A DNA stretch of 64,000 bases, from contig CAVOSK010000006.1 of the NCBI GenBank assembly GCA_963698855.1, positions 80,661 to 144,660 of the forward strand, given 5' to 3'. The position numbers were made by a program, and so were the translations under genes. The stretch comes from an uncultured beta proteobacterium (GTDB lineage: Bacteria > Pseudomonadota > Gammaproteobacteria > Burkholderiales > Thiobacillaceae). Under the pieces are notes generated by a model. That model was not told the DNA's origin. It was given only the letters and a program-made list of their open reading frames with translations, and ran no database searches. Below are positions 26,220-35,970 of this stretch, piece by piece. Within the stretch, counting starts at the first letter, position 1. Every line of letters begins with the position of its first letter.

Positions 26220-26744
26220 ATGGCCTACGCGAAAATCATCTGTGCGGCAGGTTGCGTGCTGGGCCTGGCGGGGGCGCCGGGCGCCTTGGCTGCGCCGCCG
26301 GCGCCACAGGAGCGGGCGATACTGAAGGTCGATCCGCATGCCCTTTATCGGGCGGTCTACGATATCCATACCGGCACGACAGCGGCAGGCGTCAGCAGGG
26401 GCCTCTACTACGCGCGCGGCTTGATCGAGGCCTACCGCAAGCAGGGCGTGGCGCCGGGGCAGTTCGATATCCATCTGGTGCTGCATGGCGATGCCGCGAA
26501 GTTCCTGCTGGTCGATGCCGCCTATCAGATGGCCGTCAATGATCTCTTTGCGACCAATCTCAACGCCGGGATCACCCGCGATCTGCTGGACCTGGAGGTC
26601 AGCGTCGAGATCTGCTACAGCACGATGAGGTCGATGGGCTGGACGGCCGCCGACGTATTGCCGGGCGTGACGATCGTGCACGACGGCTACACGCGGCTCA
26701 TTAGTCTGCAGAACGACGGCAACGCGTATATCGGCGGATTCTGA
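26220..26744 (+). CDS. Exported DsrE/DsrF-like family protein
   Basis: Signal peptide; AVYDI, IHLVLHGDA, VEICYSTM, LISLQNDGNAYI. Confidence 0.75.
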   Translation: MAYAKIICAAGCVLGLAGAPGALAAPPAPQERAILKVDPHALYRAVYDIHTGTTAAGVSRGLYYARGLIEAYRKQGVAPGQFDIHLVLHGDAAKFLLVDAAYQMAVNDLFATNLNAGITRDLLDLEVSVEICYSTMRSMGWTAADVLPGVTIVHDGYTRLISLQNDGNAYIGGF

Positions 26745-26829
26745 GCGTTCGGAAGCCGGGCTGGCGCAATCGCGCAGCGTCCCCCCTAGCAGTATGCTCG
26801 CCCGTATTGCCTGAATACGGATACCGCGC

Positions 26830-28064
26830 ATGCTCAACATCATCGCTGCCTGCCTCGTCATCACTGCGCTGCTGGCTTATCTGAATCACAGCTTCCTTGG
26901 CATGCCCACCACGATCGGGGTGATGGCCGCCTCGCTGGCTTTTTCGCTGGCGCTCATCGGACTGGACGCGGTGAACCTGTCGTATGGATTGCGAGAATAC
27001 GAAGAATCGCTGCTGCGCTCGATCGACTTTTCCGATGTGCTCATGCAGGGCATGCTGTCTCTGCTGCTGTTCGCCGGCGCGCTGCACGTCGATCTCAGCG
27101 AACTCAAGGCCTACCGCTGGCAGGTCGGTGCGCTGGCCGTGCTGGGCACGCTGCTGTCGACCGTATTGGTGGGCTGTGGCATGTGGCTCGTGCTGCCATT
27201 GGCGGGCCTTGCTTTGCCGCTGATGTACTGCCTGCTTTTCGGCGCGCTGATTTCCCCGACCGATCCGATCGCGGTGATGGGCATCCTCAAGTCCGCCGGC
27301 GCACCGAAAGAACTGGAACTGGTCATCGCAGGCGAGTCGCTGTTCAACGATGGCGTGGGGGTGGTGTTCTTCTCGCTGCTGCTGGGGATGCTGGCGAGCG
27401 GTCTCACGCCGACGCTGGGGCAGGGCTTTGAATTGCTGCTGCACGAAGCGGGTGGCGGCCTGCTGTTCGGTCTGGCGCTCGGCTATGTCACCTTCCGACT
27501 GCTGAAGAGCGTGGACAACTACCAGGTCGAGGTGCTGTTGACGCTGGCTGCCGTCACCGGGGGCTACGCCCTGGCGAGCCGGCTGCATGTGTCCGGCCCG
27601 CTGGCGATGGTGGTCGCCGGGCTGATGATCGGCAACCACGGCCGTGCGCTGGCCATGTCGGATACGACGCGACGCTACGTCGACATGTTCTGGGAGTTGA
27701 TCGACGAAATCCTCAACGCGACGCTGTTCGTCCTGATCGGCATGGAAGTGCTGCTGGTGGTGTTCTCGCTCCATGAGCTGGCCGCCGCTTCCCTGGCTAT
27801 CGGCGTTACGCTGCTGGCCCGCCTGCTCACGGTCGGCTTGCCGGTGGCGTTGCTGCCGCATTCAATCTGCCGCGTGGGTCCTGGAAGGTGCTGACGTGGG
27901 GCGGGCTGCGCGGCGGCATTTCGGTGGCGCTCGCGCTGTCGCTGTCGGCAGGCCCGGAACGCGACACCCTGGTCGCGCTCACCTACAGCGTGGTCGTGTT
28001 CTCTATCCTGGTGCAGGGGCTTTCCATCGGCTACGTCACACGCCAGGAAGGGCTGCGCCGCTGA
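26830..28064 (+). CDS. CPA1/NhaP Na+/H+ antiporter (frameshift near 27870)
   Basis: ISPTDPIAV, GESLFNDG; shifted frame gives TWGGLRGGISVALALSL. Confidence 0.9.
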
Positions 28065-28143
28065 TCGAATGCCACGCAATCCTTCGGGCCATCACTCGGG
28101 CACCTGACAGGCTGGTCCTATTCAAGACCTGAAGCACAGGGCG

Positions 28144-28578
28144 CTACTTTTCAAAGACGGTTCCCGGCTGGCCCTTGTCATTGATGAGCACGACCAGAGT
28201 CTTCAGCGGCTCGGTCTTGCTGGTGTTCCATGCCGAGTGCCAGGAATCCGGATTCGCCGAGGGTGAGTGGATGTAGTAGGACACGCCGGGACTGAGATGC
28301 AGCGTGGGCTTGTCGTCCCGCTCCACGATGCCCGTGCCTTGCAGGACATAGACGAGGTAGTGCCCGGGATGGCTGTGCCGCGGGGTCATGAGCCCGGGTG
28401 CCAGTTCCATCGTGTACATGTGGGCGGTTTTCCCCGGCATGTCGGCAAGCTCGATGTTCATGAGCTCGGTGCGCGCAATCTGCGGCTTGTCGGAACTGAT
28501 CGCCTGTTGGCCAGCCGCGCCGATGGCGATCCCCAGCGCTGTTGCTAGGGTGAACCTGCCAATTGTCTGATTGAACAT
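28144..28578 (-). CDS. Exported cupin domain protein
   Basis: Signal peptide; PRHSHPG...YVLQG cupin motif. Confidence 0.8.
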   Translation of the reverse strand: MFNQTIGRFTLATALGIAIGAAGQQAISSDKPQIARTELMNIELADMPGKTAHMYTMELAPGLMTPRHSHPGHYLVYVLQGTGIVERDDKPTLHLSPGVSYYIHSPSANPDSWHSAWNTSKTEPLKTLVVLINDKGQPGTVFEK

Positions 28579-28768
28579 CGTGTGGTCCTCGAGTGTGCTT
28601 GAACGCCGGCGTGAACTTTTCTGGCCAGTATAGAAAGAATTGGCGAGCCTAATGATGTTGTTTACAAGAGTTGCAGATTTGTCTACTTAGAATCCGGTTC
28701 AATTGAAGATGCAGCAGGGGGCCTGGGCGATGTTTCTGATTGATACGGGCAAGGCCGTCAGGGTACTA

Positions 28769-29033
28769 GGGCGTGTTTACACTAATTTCACATCCGCGAC
28801 GAGGCCGACTCGGGATGCAGCCTGCGAAGCGGGCCGCGCCGCAGTGTCGTTCACTGCAAGCGGCTCGCGACAAAGGGATGCGCCCGAATCGACCCGTCCC
28901 TTCGGGTTGCCGCGAGAAAACGCGTCTGCGGCGTTGCGCCGCTTGGCAAGGGATGGCCCTTGCCGGCGCGCCGCGCCTTGCATCCATCGCTTTCTCGCGG
29001 CAACGCGGGTGAGAAATTAGTGTAAACACGCCC
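28769..29033. mobile_element. MITE, 265 bp, with terminal inverted repeats and TA duplication
   Basis: TA-GGGCGTGTTTACACTAATTTC ... GAAATTAGTGTAAACACGCCC-TA; internal hairpins; no transposase. Confidence 0.85.
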
Positions 29034-29177
29034 TAAATAATTGACCATCTTTTCTGTGCCAAAGCAAACCCCGGGGATTAGGATGCGGGATGGCGAAGCG
29101 TGCCTTGAGCGTGTGGAGGATAAGACGCGGGCATGCATGGGTCGTCTGAGTATTCTTGTTTTAAAAGGAGAAGGCAA

Positions 29178-29471
29178 ATGATTGCAAGAGGAGTTCTGCT
29201 GTTCAGCGCCAGTTTGATATTGGCGGTCTCATCGGTTCATGCAGGTGACGCCAGTGTGGGCAAGTCAAAATCGGGAGTCTGTGCCAACTGCCATGGCGAC
29301 AACGGCAAGGAGGAGCCTGCGATTGCCGGGATGGATGAAGCCAAGTTCGTCCAGGAAATGAAGGCATATCAGTCGGGTGCGCGCAAGGACAAGAAGATGA
29401 TGAAAGCCACGGCCGGCCTGAGCGACGCGGACATTGCCGATCTGGCAGCCTACTATGCGACGCTGAAATAA
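29178..29471 (+). CDS. Small monoheme class I cytochrome c (c553/c4-like)
   Basis: Signal peptide, CANCH, axial Met region KKMMK, DIADLAAYY. Confidence 0.88.
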   Translation: MIARGVLLFSASLILAVSSVHAGDASVGKSKSGVCANCHGDNGKEEPAIAGMDEAKFVQEMKAYQSGARKDKKMMKATAGLSDADIADLAAYYATLK

Positions 29472-29519
29472 CCCATCTTCAAAATAGCCGAAGCGGAAGA
29501 GGATTGCCTTCTGGTTTTG

Positions 29520-29546
29520 GGCGGGTGCGGTGGTTGCCGCACCCGC
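29520..29546. terminator. GC-rich hairpin between convergent genes
   Basis: GCGGGTGCGG-TGGTTG-CCGCACCCGC. Confidence 0.55.
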
Positions 29547-29609
29547 TTCGATCCGATCTTCACGTCTTGGTGAAGTGGTTTTCAGCTCAATTACAGCCCG
29601 GATGTTCTC

Positions 29610-30962
29610 TCATCCCACCTTCGGCAAGCGCTCGAGCGCGGCCTTGATCGCCTCTTCCGGGTAGGCAAAATCTTCCAGCTTGCCGCTGAAGTAGCTGTCG
29701 TAGGCGGCCATGTCGAAGTGGCCGTGCCCGGAGAGGTTGAAGAACAGCGTCTTCGGCTCGCCGCTTTCCTTGCAGCGCAACGCCTCGTCGATGCAGGCGG
29801 CGATGGCGTGGTTGGATTCCGGGGCCGGGATGATGCCTTCGGCGCGGGCGAAGGTGACGCCGGCCTCGAAGGTGGAGAGCTGGTGCACCGCCACCGCTTC
29901 GATCAGTTTCTCGTGGTAGAGCTGCGACACCAGCGCCGAGTCGCCGTGATAGCGCAGGCCGCCGGCATGGATGCCGGGCGGCATGAAATCGTGGCCGAGG
30001 GTGTACATGAGCATCATCGGCGTGAGCTTGGCGGTGTCGCCGAAATCATAGGCATAGTGGCCGCGCGTCAGAGTGGGGCAGGAGGCGGGCTCGACCGCGA
30101 CCAGGCGCACGTTCTTGCCGGCCGCCTTGTCGGCGAAGAAGGGGAAGGCCGCGCCGCCGAAGTTGGAACCGCCGCCGCAGGGGGCGAAGATCATGTCGGG
30201 GTAATCGCCGGCCTTCTCGAACTGCTTCTTGGCTTCCTGCCCGATCACGGTCTGATGCAGGAGGACATGGTTGAGCACCGAGCCGAGGGCATAGTTGGTG
30301 TCGGCGTGCGTGGCGGCATCTTCCACCGCTTCGGAAATCGCCAGGCCGAGCGAGCCGGGGTTGTCCGGGTCTTCGGCCAGGGCGGCGCGTCCGGAGTTAG
30401 TCTCCATGCTCGGGCTGGCGAACACTTCCGCGCCCCAGGTCTGCATCATCGAGCGGCGGTAGGGTTTCTGGCCGTAGCTGACCTTGACCATGTACACCCG
30501 CACCTCGAGTCCGAACATCTGGCCGGCCAGCGCCATCGAGCAGCCCCATTGCCCGGCGCCAGTCTCGGTGGCGATGCGCTTGATGCCGGCTTCGGCGTTG
30601 TAATAGGCCTGCGCCACCGAAGTGTTGACCTTGTGCGAGCCGGCCGGGGAGACGCCTTCGTACTTGTAGTAGATCTTCGCCGGGGTACCGAGCGCCGCTT
30701 CCAGGCGGTGTGCGCGGATCAGCGGCGAGGGGCGCCACAGCTGGTAAATCTCGCGTACCTTGTCGGGGATCGGGATCCAGCGCTCGGCCGACATTTCCTG
30801 TTCGATCAGGCTCATCGGGAAGATCGCCGTCAGCGCCTCGGGCCCGATCGGCTTGCCGTCCGGGCCCAGCGGCGGTGCCGGCCGGTTGGGCATGTCGGCG
30901 ACCACGTTGTACCAGTGGGTGGGGATCTCGGATTCGTCGAGCAGGAATTTCGTTTGCGGCAC
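29610..30962 (-). CDS. trpB2: TrpB-like PLP enzyme (TrpB2)
   Basis: [50 protein letters not shown]. Confidence 0.9.
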   Translation of the reverse strand: MPQTKFLLDESEIPTHWYNVVADMPNRPAPPLGPDGKPIGPEALTAIFPMSLIEQEMSAERWIPIPDKVREIYQLWRPSPLIRAHRLEAALGTPAKIYYKYEGVSPAGSHKVNTSVAQAYYNAEAGIKRIATETGAGQWGCSMALAGQMFGLEVRVYMVKVSYGQKPYRRSMMQTWGAEVFASPSMETNSGRAALAEDPDNPGSLGLAISEAVEDAATHADTNYALGSVLNHVLLHQTVIGQEAKKQFEKAGDYPDMIFAPCGGGSNFGGAAFPFFADKAAGKNVRLVAVEPASCPTLTRGHYAYDFGDTAKLTPMMLMYTLGHDFMPPGIHAGGLRYHGDSALVSQLYHEKLIEAVAVHQLSTFEAGVTFARAEGIIPAPESNHAIAACIDEALRCKESGEPKTLFFNLSGHGHFDMAAYDSYFSGKLEDFAYPEEAIKAALERLPKVG

Positions 30963-31151
30963 GTCAGTCTCCTTGTTGTCGTGTTTGGGGCTCCATTTCG
31001 GACAAGCAAGCCTTGTTTGAAATCATCGGTCAAACGCGTCATGCCGTCAACGGACAGCCCCTCGACCCGATTGCGCGACATCCTGCCCAGGCGCGTAGGC
31101 TGGATGGCAAAGCGGCTGTATGCTGTAGCGGTTGCTGTGCGGGGAGTGCGC

Positions 31152-31406
31152 ATGAAGATCCGGACGATACTGGCGATGAGCCTGATACTGATGCTACTGG
31201 GCTGCAGCAGGCTCACCCTGGAAAACTACGACAAGATCACCGTGGGTATGCCTTACGACGAGGTGACCCGCCTGATCGGCCCACCCGACAAATGCGACGA
31301 TGTGATGGGGGTGCGCAACTGCCTGTGGGGCGATGCGGAACGCTCGATCCAGGTGAGCTTCGTCGGCGGCCAGGCACTGCTTTTCTCGTCCAGCAATCTT
31401 CAGTAG
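31152..31406 (+). CDS. Small lipoprotein (DUF3862/SmpA-like)
   Basis: LLGC lipobox, YDKITVGMPYDEVTRLIG, Cys pair; GGGGAG RBS. Confidence 0.75.
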   Translation: MKIRTILAMSLILMLLGCSRLTLENYDKITVGMPYDEVTRLIGPPDKCDDVMGVRNCLWGDAERSIQVSFVGGQALLFSSSNLQ

Positions 31407-31494
31407 CAACGGTCGATAGGCGAGGGCAGCCGCAGTGTGAAATCGGGCAGGACTGAACCGGCCCTATCCAAAACCTGAATTCAGGCGTGTTTCC

Positions 31495-33357
31495 ATGACA
31501 ACTTCCCAATTCGTCATCATCGCAGTGCTGCTGGCAACCATGGCCATGTTCCTGTGGGGGCGCTGGCGTCACGACATGGTCGCCCTCGGCGCCTTGCTGG
31601 CGTGCGTGTTCGCGGGTCTGGTGCCCGGGCGCGAGGCTTTTTCCGGGTTCGGCCACCCCGCGGTGATCACGGTCGCGTGCGTGCTGGTGCTCGGCTACGG
31701 GCTGCAGATTTCAGGGGCGGTGGATGTGCTGGCGAAGCGCCTGCTGCCCACGGCGGCAGGGCCGACCCTGAGCATTCTGGCGCTCATCAGCCTGGCAGCG
31801 CTGCTGTCGGGCTTCATGAACAACGTGGGGGCGCTGGCCCTGCTGATGCCGATCGCGATCCAGATGGCCGCCAAGCACCAGCTGCCCGTTGGCAAGGTGC
31901 TGATGCCGCTGTCATTCGGTTCGATTCTGGGCGGCATGACTACGCTGATCGGCACGCCGCCCAACCTGATCGTCTCGGGCTACCGGGAGACGACCGGGAT
32001 GGGCGGCTTTGCCATGTTTGACTTTGCGCCGGTGGGTGTCGTGGTGGCGGGCCTCGGCATCCTGTTTGTCGGACTGGTGGGCTGGCGCCTGGTGCCGGCG
32101 CGCCGGCAAAACGATAACGGTAGCTTCGAGTCGGGGGCCTACATCAGCGAGGTCCGGATCGTAGAAGGCAGCAAGGCGGTCAACAAAAGCCTGCGCGAGG
32201 TCGAGCACATGCTCGATGAAACCGATGCCCAGATCATTGGCCTGGTGCGCCGCGAGGTTCGGCTCTCGGCGCCGAATCCGGGGCGGATCCTGCACGACGG
32301 CGACATTCTGGTCATCGAAGTCGAGCCCGAGTCGCTGGCTGCCGCCCTCTCCAGCCTGGGACTCCAACTGGAAGAAGACGTGCCCGCCGATCCGGAAGCG
32401 CCCGTTACGGATGAAGCCGGCGACGTGCAGCCGGACAGCGCCGCCGCAGCGCCCGACAGCGAGGCACCCACGGAAGCGTCGCGAGAGAAAGCCCGGTCCG
32501 ACGAGCCGGTGATACAGGAACTGGTGGTGATGCCGGACGCGGCACTGGTCGACCGCTCGGCCACGGATATCGAGCTGCGCACCCGCTACGGCATCAACCT
32601 GCTGGCGATTTCCCGCCAGGGGCGGCGCACGATCAAGCGCTTGCGGTCGGCGCGTATCCAGGCGGGGGACGTGCTGCTGATGCAGGGGGCGGCCGAAGCC
32701 CTGGCCGGCTTTGCAGCACAGTTTGGCTGCCTGCCGCTGGCCGCGCGTGATATCCGGGTGCCCAAGAAGGGGCATGCGCTCACCGCCTCTCTGGTGATGG
32801 TCGTAGCGGTGGCGGTGACGGCCCTGGGCTGGCTCCCGGTGGCGGTCGCGTTCGCGGCCGGCGCACTCGCCTTCGTCGCGCTGGGGGTGGTGCCGCTGCG
32901 CTCGGTCTACACCGCGGTCGACTGGCCGGTGATCCTGCTGCTGGGGGCGATGCTTCCGGTGGCGGATGCCATGGCGACCACCGGCGCGGCCGACATGATC
33001 GCGCGCCATCTGATGGACAACGTGGCCCAGGGCCATGCCGTCGTCGGCCTGGGAGTGATTCTGGTGGCGACCATGCTGCTGACCGATTTCATGAACAACG
33101 CGGCCACGGCGGCGGTGATGAGCCCGATCGCGATCAGCACCGCCAACCAACTCGGTGTGAATGCCGACGCCTTCCTGATGGCGGTAGCGGTGGGCGCCTC
33201 CTGTGCCTTCCTGACCCCGATCGGCCACCAGAACAACACCCTCATCCTGGGGCCGGGCGGATTCCGCTTTGGCGATTACTGGCGCATGGGCTTGCCCATG
33301 GACATCCTGGTGGTGGCGGTCGGCGTGCCCATGATTCTGTGGGTCTGGCCGCTCTAG
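31495..33357 (+). CDS. SLC13/CitMHS-type permease with TrkA-C domains
   Basis: GFMNNVGA, GGMTTLIGTPPN, two cytoplasmic TrkA-C regions, PIGHQNNTLI.GPGG. Confidence 0.88.
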   Translation: MTTSQFVIIAVLLATMAMFLWGRWRHDMVALGALLACVFAGLVPGREAFSGFGHPAVITVACVLVLGYGLQISGAVDVLAKRLLPTAAGPTLSILALISLAALLSGFMNNVGALALLMPIAIQMAAKHQLPVGKVLMPLSFGSILGGMTTLIGTPPNLIVSGYRETTGMGGFAMFDFAPVGVVVAGLGILFVGLVGWRLVPARRQNDNGSFESGAYISEVRIVEGSKAVNKSLREVEHMLDETDAQIIGLVRREVRLSAPNPGRILHDGDILVIEVEPESLAAALSSLGLQLEEDVPADPEAPVTDEAGDVQPDSAAAAPDSEAPTEASREKARSDEPVIQELVVMPDAALVDRSATDIELRTRYGINLLAISRQGRRTIKRLRSARIQAGDVLLMQGAAEALAGFAAQFGCLPLAARDIRVPKKGHALTASLVMVVAVAVTALGWLPVAVAFAAGALAFVALGVVPLRSVYTAVDWPVILLLGAMLPVADAMATTGAADMIARHLMDNVAQGHAVVGLGVILVATMLLTDFMNNAATAAVMSPIAISTANQLGVNADAFLMAVAVGASCAFLTPIGHQNNTLILGPGGFRFGDYWRMGLPMDILVVAVGVPMILWVWPL

Positions 33358-33441
33358 GGTTCGATCGAAAATTCTCGATCCGGACCGTCAGGCCTATGGC
33401 AGTCGAGGCCTATTCCTAATTCTGGGGGCCGGCAGTGCCCT

Positions 33442-34026
33442 TCATTCACGCAGAATCAGCCTGGACTTGTCGAGTTCGTAGGACCAGGGCAGGCCATCGT
33501 TCTTCCAGCCATTGACCATGCGCCGGCCCTTGTTGGGGCCGTCCTTGGCCATGTCGCCTTCGAAGCCGTCGACCACCGACCAGACGTTGGTGTAGCCCTG
33601 CTTCGCGAGGAAGTCCGCGCCCAGCGCGCTGCGGTCGCCCGAACGGCAGATCAGCAGGATGGGATCACCTTTTTCGATGCCCTTGTCGAGCGACCAGTAT
33701 TCGAAGTTGGATAAAAAATCAGGATTGGGAAAGCGCACGAAGGATTTCTTCTTGTCGTCCCACTTGCTGTAGTTCATGTTGCCGAAGGGGGCGTTGCCAT
33801 CAATGCCCTGAGGCGCGCCGACAAACAGCAGTTCTTCCGGCGTGCGCAAATCAAGAAACAGCACCTTGGGATGGCTCTTCAAAAACGCCGGCACGTCCTT
33901 GGCTTCGATATAGAGGGCGAGCTTCGTTTTCTTGATGTCGGGCAGGCCGGCCGAATCCACCGCAAGAACGGAAATCGGCCACGCAATCAGGGCGGCAAGC
34001 AGGGCAGGCAGCAAAGGAAATGTCAT
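33442..34026 (-). CDS. Exported single-domain rhodanese
   Basis: Signal peptide, LDLRTPEE, active-site loop ICRSGDRS, VVDGFEG. Confidence 0.85.
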   Translation of the reverse strand: MTFPLLPALLAALIAWPISVLAVDSAGLPDIKKTKLALYIEAKDVPAFLKSHPKVLFLDLRTPEELLFVGAPQGIDGNAPFGNMNYSKWDDKKKSFVRFPNPDFLSNFEYWSLDKGIEKGDPILLICRSGDRSALGADFLAKQGYTNVWSVVDGFEGDMAKDGPNKGRRMVNGWKNDGLPWSYELDKSRLILRE

Positions 34027-34158
34027 CGGGGTCTCCTCGGGACATTGAACAATTCGGGCGGGTTTCGTCCTGACTTTGGCAACGCGGGCAAGGAAACCCC
34101 GCTGGCGTGAAATGAATGGAGGTGCGCTTCACCTGACCACGCCAATCCGCGCCATGTC

Positions 34159-34476
34159 CTAGAAATCCAGCTTGAACGTGACGCCCACGCGTTTATCGCG
34201 AGCCATCAATGGGTCATCGGAACGATGACTCACTGCGGGCGGTGGGGCCAGTTCAACCTGCCATTCGGATGTCGTGCCACGACGCATGAGCGGGTCAGGT
34301 GCAGACAGGTGCGCCATCAGCGGGGGTGTCGGACCATCCACCCGAGACAGGTAGGACGACACACCGTAGGAATCCGAAGCGGTGGAATTAACCTTCCCTA
34401 TCCCCTTTGCGCAAACGGCATGAGGCATCCCCGTCATCATGGCCAGACCCAATAGGGCGACTTTGCGTTTCATCAT
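34159..34476 (-). CDS. Small exported hypothetical protein
   Basis: GGAG RBS, signal-like N-terminus, C-terminal VGVTFKLDF. Confidence 0.55.
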   Translation of the reverse strand: MMKRKVALLGLAMMTGMPHAVCAKGIGKVNSTASDSYGVSSYLSRVDGPTPPLMAHLSAPDPLMRRGTTSEWQVELAPPPAVSHRSDDPLMARDKRVGVTFKLDF

Positions 34477-34665
34477 CCTTCTCCACCTTGTTATCCTATT
34501 TTATCTATAGCCCTATCCATCCTGTGGTCAAGCCCGGTACCGCTAGGGCGGCATCTTTCGCGTGATACGGGATCGTTAAATTTTCTTGCCGGGTCGTCAT
34601 GACCCGTCCCGGGTGCTAGATTCTGTATGGGTACGTTGAAACCCCATGAATACCAAGGAGATAAC

Positions 34666-35373
34666 ATGCGCACGATTCTATCCATCGCACTGCTCGGACT
34701 GTCGTTGAACACCTGGGCCGCCCCTGAAACCTACAAGATCGACGACACCCACAGTTTCGCCAACTGGAGCATCCGCCATATCGTCGGCAAGACCACGGGC
34801 ACGTTCACCGGTGTCAAGGGCACGCTGATGCTCGATCCGGCCAACCCCAACACGGGGCGCGCGGACGTGATGATCAGCCTGTATTCACTGGAATCCGGCC
34901 ATCGCGCGCGCGACGTCCATGTCCTCACCAGCGATTATCTGGATGCGAACGCCTATCCGGAAATGCGTTTTGTCGCCGACGGATTCCGTAGTACCAGCAA
35001 GGATGCGGGCGTGATGAGCGGGAAGTTGACGCTGCATGGCGCGACCCGCCAGGTCGAGATTCCCTACAAAATCCTGGGCACGGCGACCGACCCCTGGGGC
35101 AACGTGCGCACTGCGTTCGAAGGCCGCTTAAATCTCAATCGCTCGGATTACGGCATCACCAAGCATGTCGACGGCGGCAGCGGCATGATCGGCAACGAAG
35201 TCGAAGTCACCCTGCTGGTCGAAGCGCTGAAACTCGGACCCGACGGCCAGCCGGTCAACATGAAGGCCAAGCCCGTCGCGCCGCCCGTGGCCGCCCCGGC
35301 GCAGCCGGCAGAACCCGCCAAGAAGGACAGCAAGCCGGATTTGAAGGACATGTTCAAGGGCATCTTCAACTGA
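34666..35373 (+). CDS. YceI family protein
   Basis: YKIDDTHS, RDVHV...YPEMRF, GKLTLHGATR, RSDYGI. Confidence 0.9.
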   Translation: MRTILSIALLGLSLNTWAAPETYKIDDTHSFANWSIRHIVGKTTGTFTGVKGTLMLDPANPNTGRADVMISLYSLESGHRARDVHVLTSDYLDANAYPEMRFVADGFRSTSKDAGVMSGKLTLHGATRQVEIPYKILGTATDPWGNVRTAFEGRLNLNRSDYGITKHVDGGSGMIGNEVEVTLLVEALKLGPDGQPVNMKAKPVAPPVAAPAQPAEPAKKDSKPDLKDMFKGIFN

Positions 35374-35464
35374 GGGCCGGTTCCTGCAGCGACGCATTAC
35401 CGAACAGCGGCTTGAGCGACCCCCATACCCGGCCTATGTCCGGTGCTTGGCGGCCGGACCGGCT

Positions 35465-35836
35465 TCAGGCGACGCTGCCGAAGCTGGAGTCGGTGGCGAT
35501 GTAGGGCGCCTTCAATCCGGCCAGACGGCAGCTTTGCGCGATCGGGCCGCCCGGGAACAGGGTATACAGGTATTTCACCCCCCCCTTGGCGTGAAAGTGT
35601 TCATCCAGCGCATCGTGCAGTTCACGCAGGTTGATAGTGGTTTCGTCCTCGTGCTGGGCGAAATAGGCTTGTAGGGCGCGAATGGTTTCCCAATGGTCCT
35701 CGGCGAGCGCGAGTTCTTCCTCGCGGGCGAGGGCCATTGCCTCTTCCCGGGTCCACTCTGGCGGGGCATGGGGAAAATCGGGATCGATGACCGGTTCGCG
35801 GGTCAACTGATTGATGTCGGTGGAAACGTGAAGCAT
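35465..35836 (-). CDS. DsrC/TusE-like protein lacking the C-terminal Cys (RspA type)
   Basis: EWTREEAMALA, DHWETIR, YLYTLFPGGPIAQSCRLAGL. Confidence 0.8.
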   Translation of the reverse strand: MLHVSTDINQLTREPVIDPDFPHAPPEWTREEAMALAREEELALAEDHWETIRALQAYFAQHEDETTINLRELHDALDEHFHAKGGVKYLYTLFPGGPIAQSCRLAGLKAPYIATDSSFGSVA

Positions 35837-35970
35837 GTGGATTCTCCTTTAGAAAATCAGGGATAGCGTAAGCGTAGGTCAGTCGCCCCCGGATTCAAGT
35901 CTGGATGCAGCAGGAAATGGCCGGGCGTGACAGGCCGGGAACCGGGACAGCTACGGAGGAGGCCGCAGTG

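Noticed and set aside
29040-29170. c-di-GMP riboswitch or FNR site upstream of the cytochrome c gene
   Set aside because: Only a GCAAACC fragment and a half-site TTGAC; the remaining consensus elements are missing.
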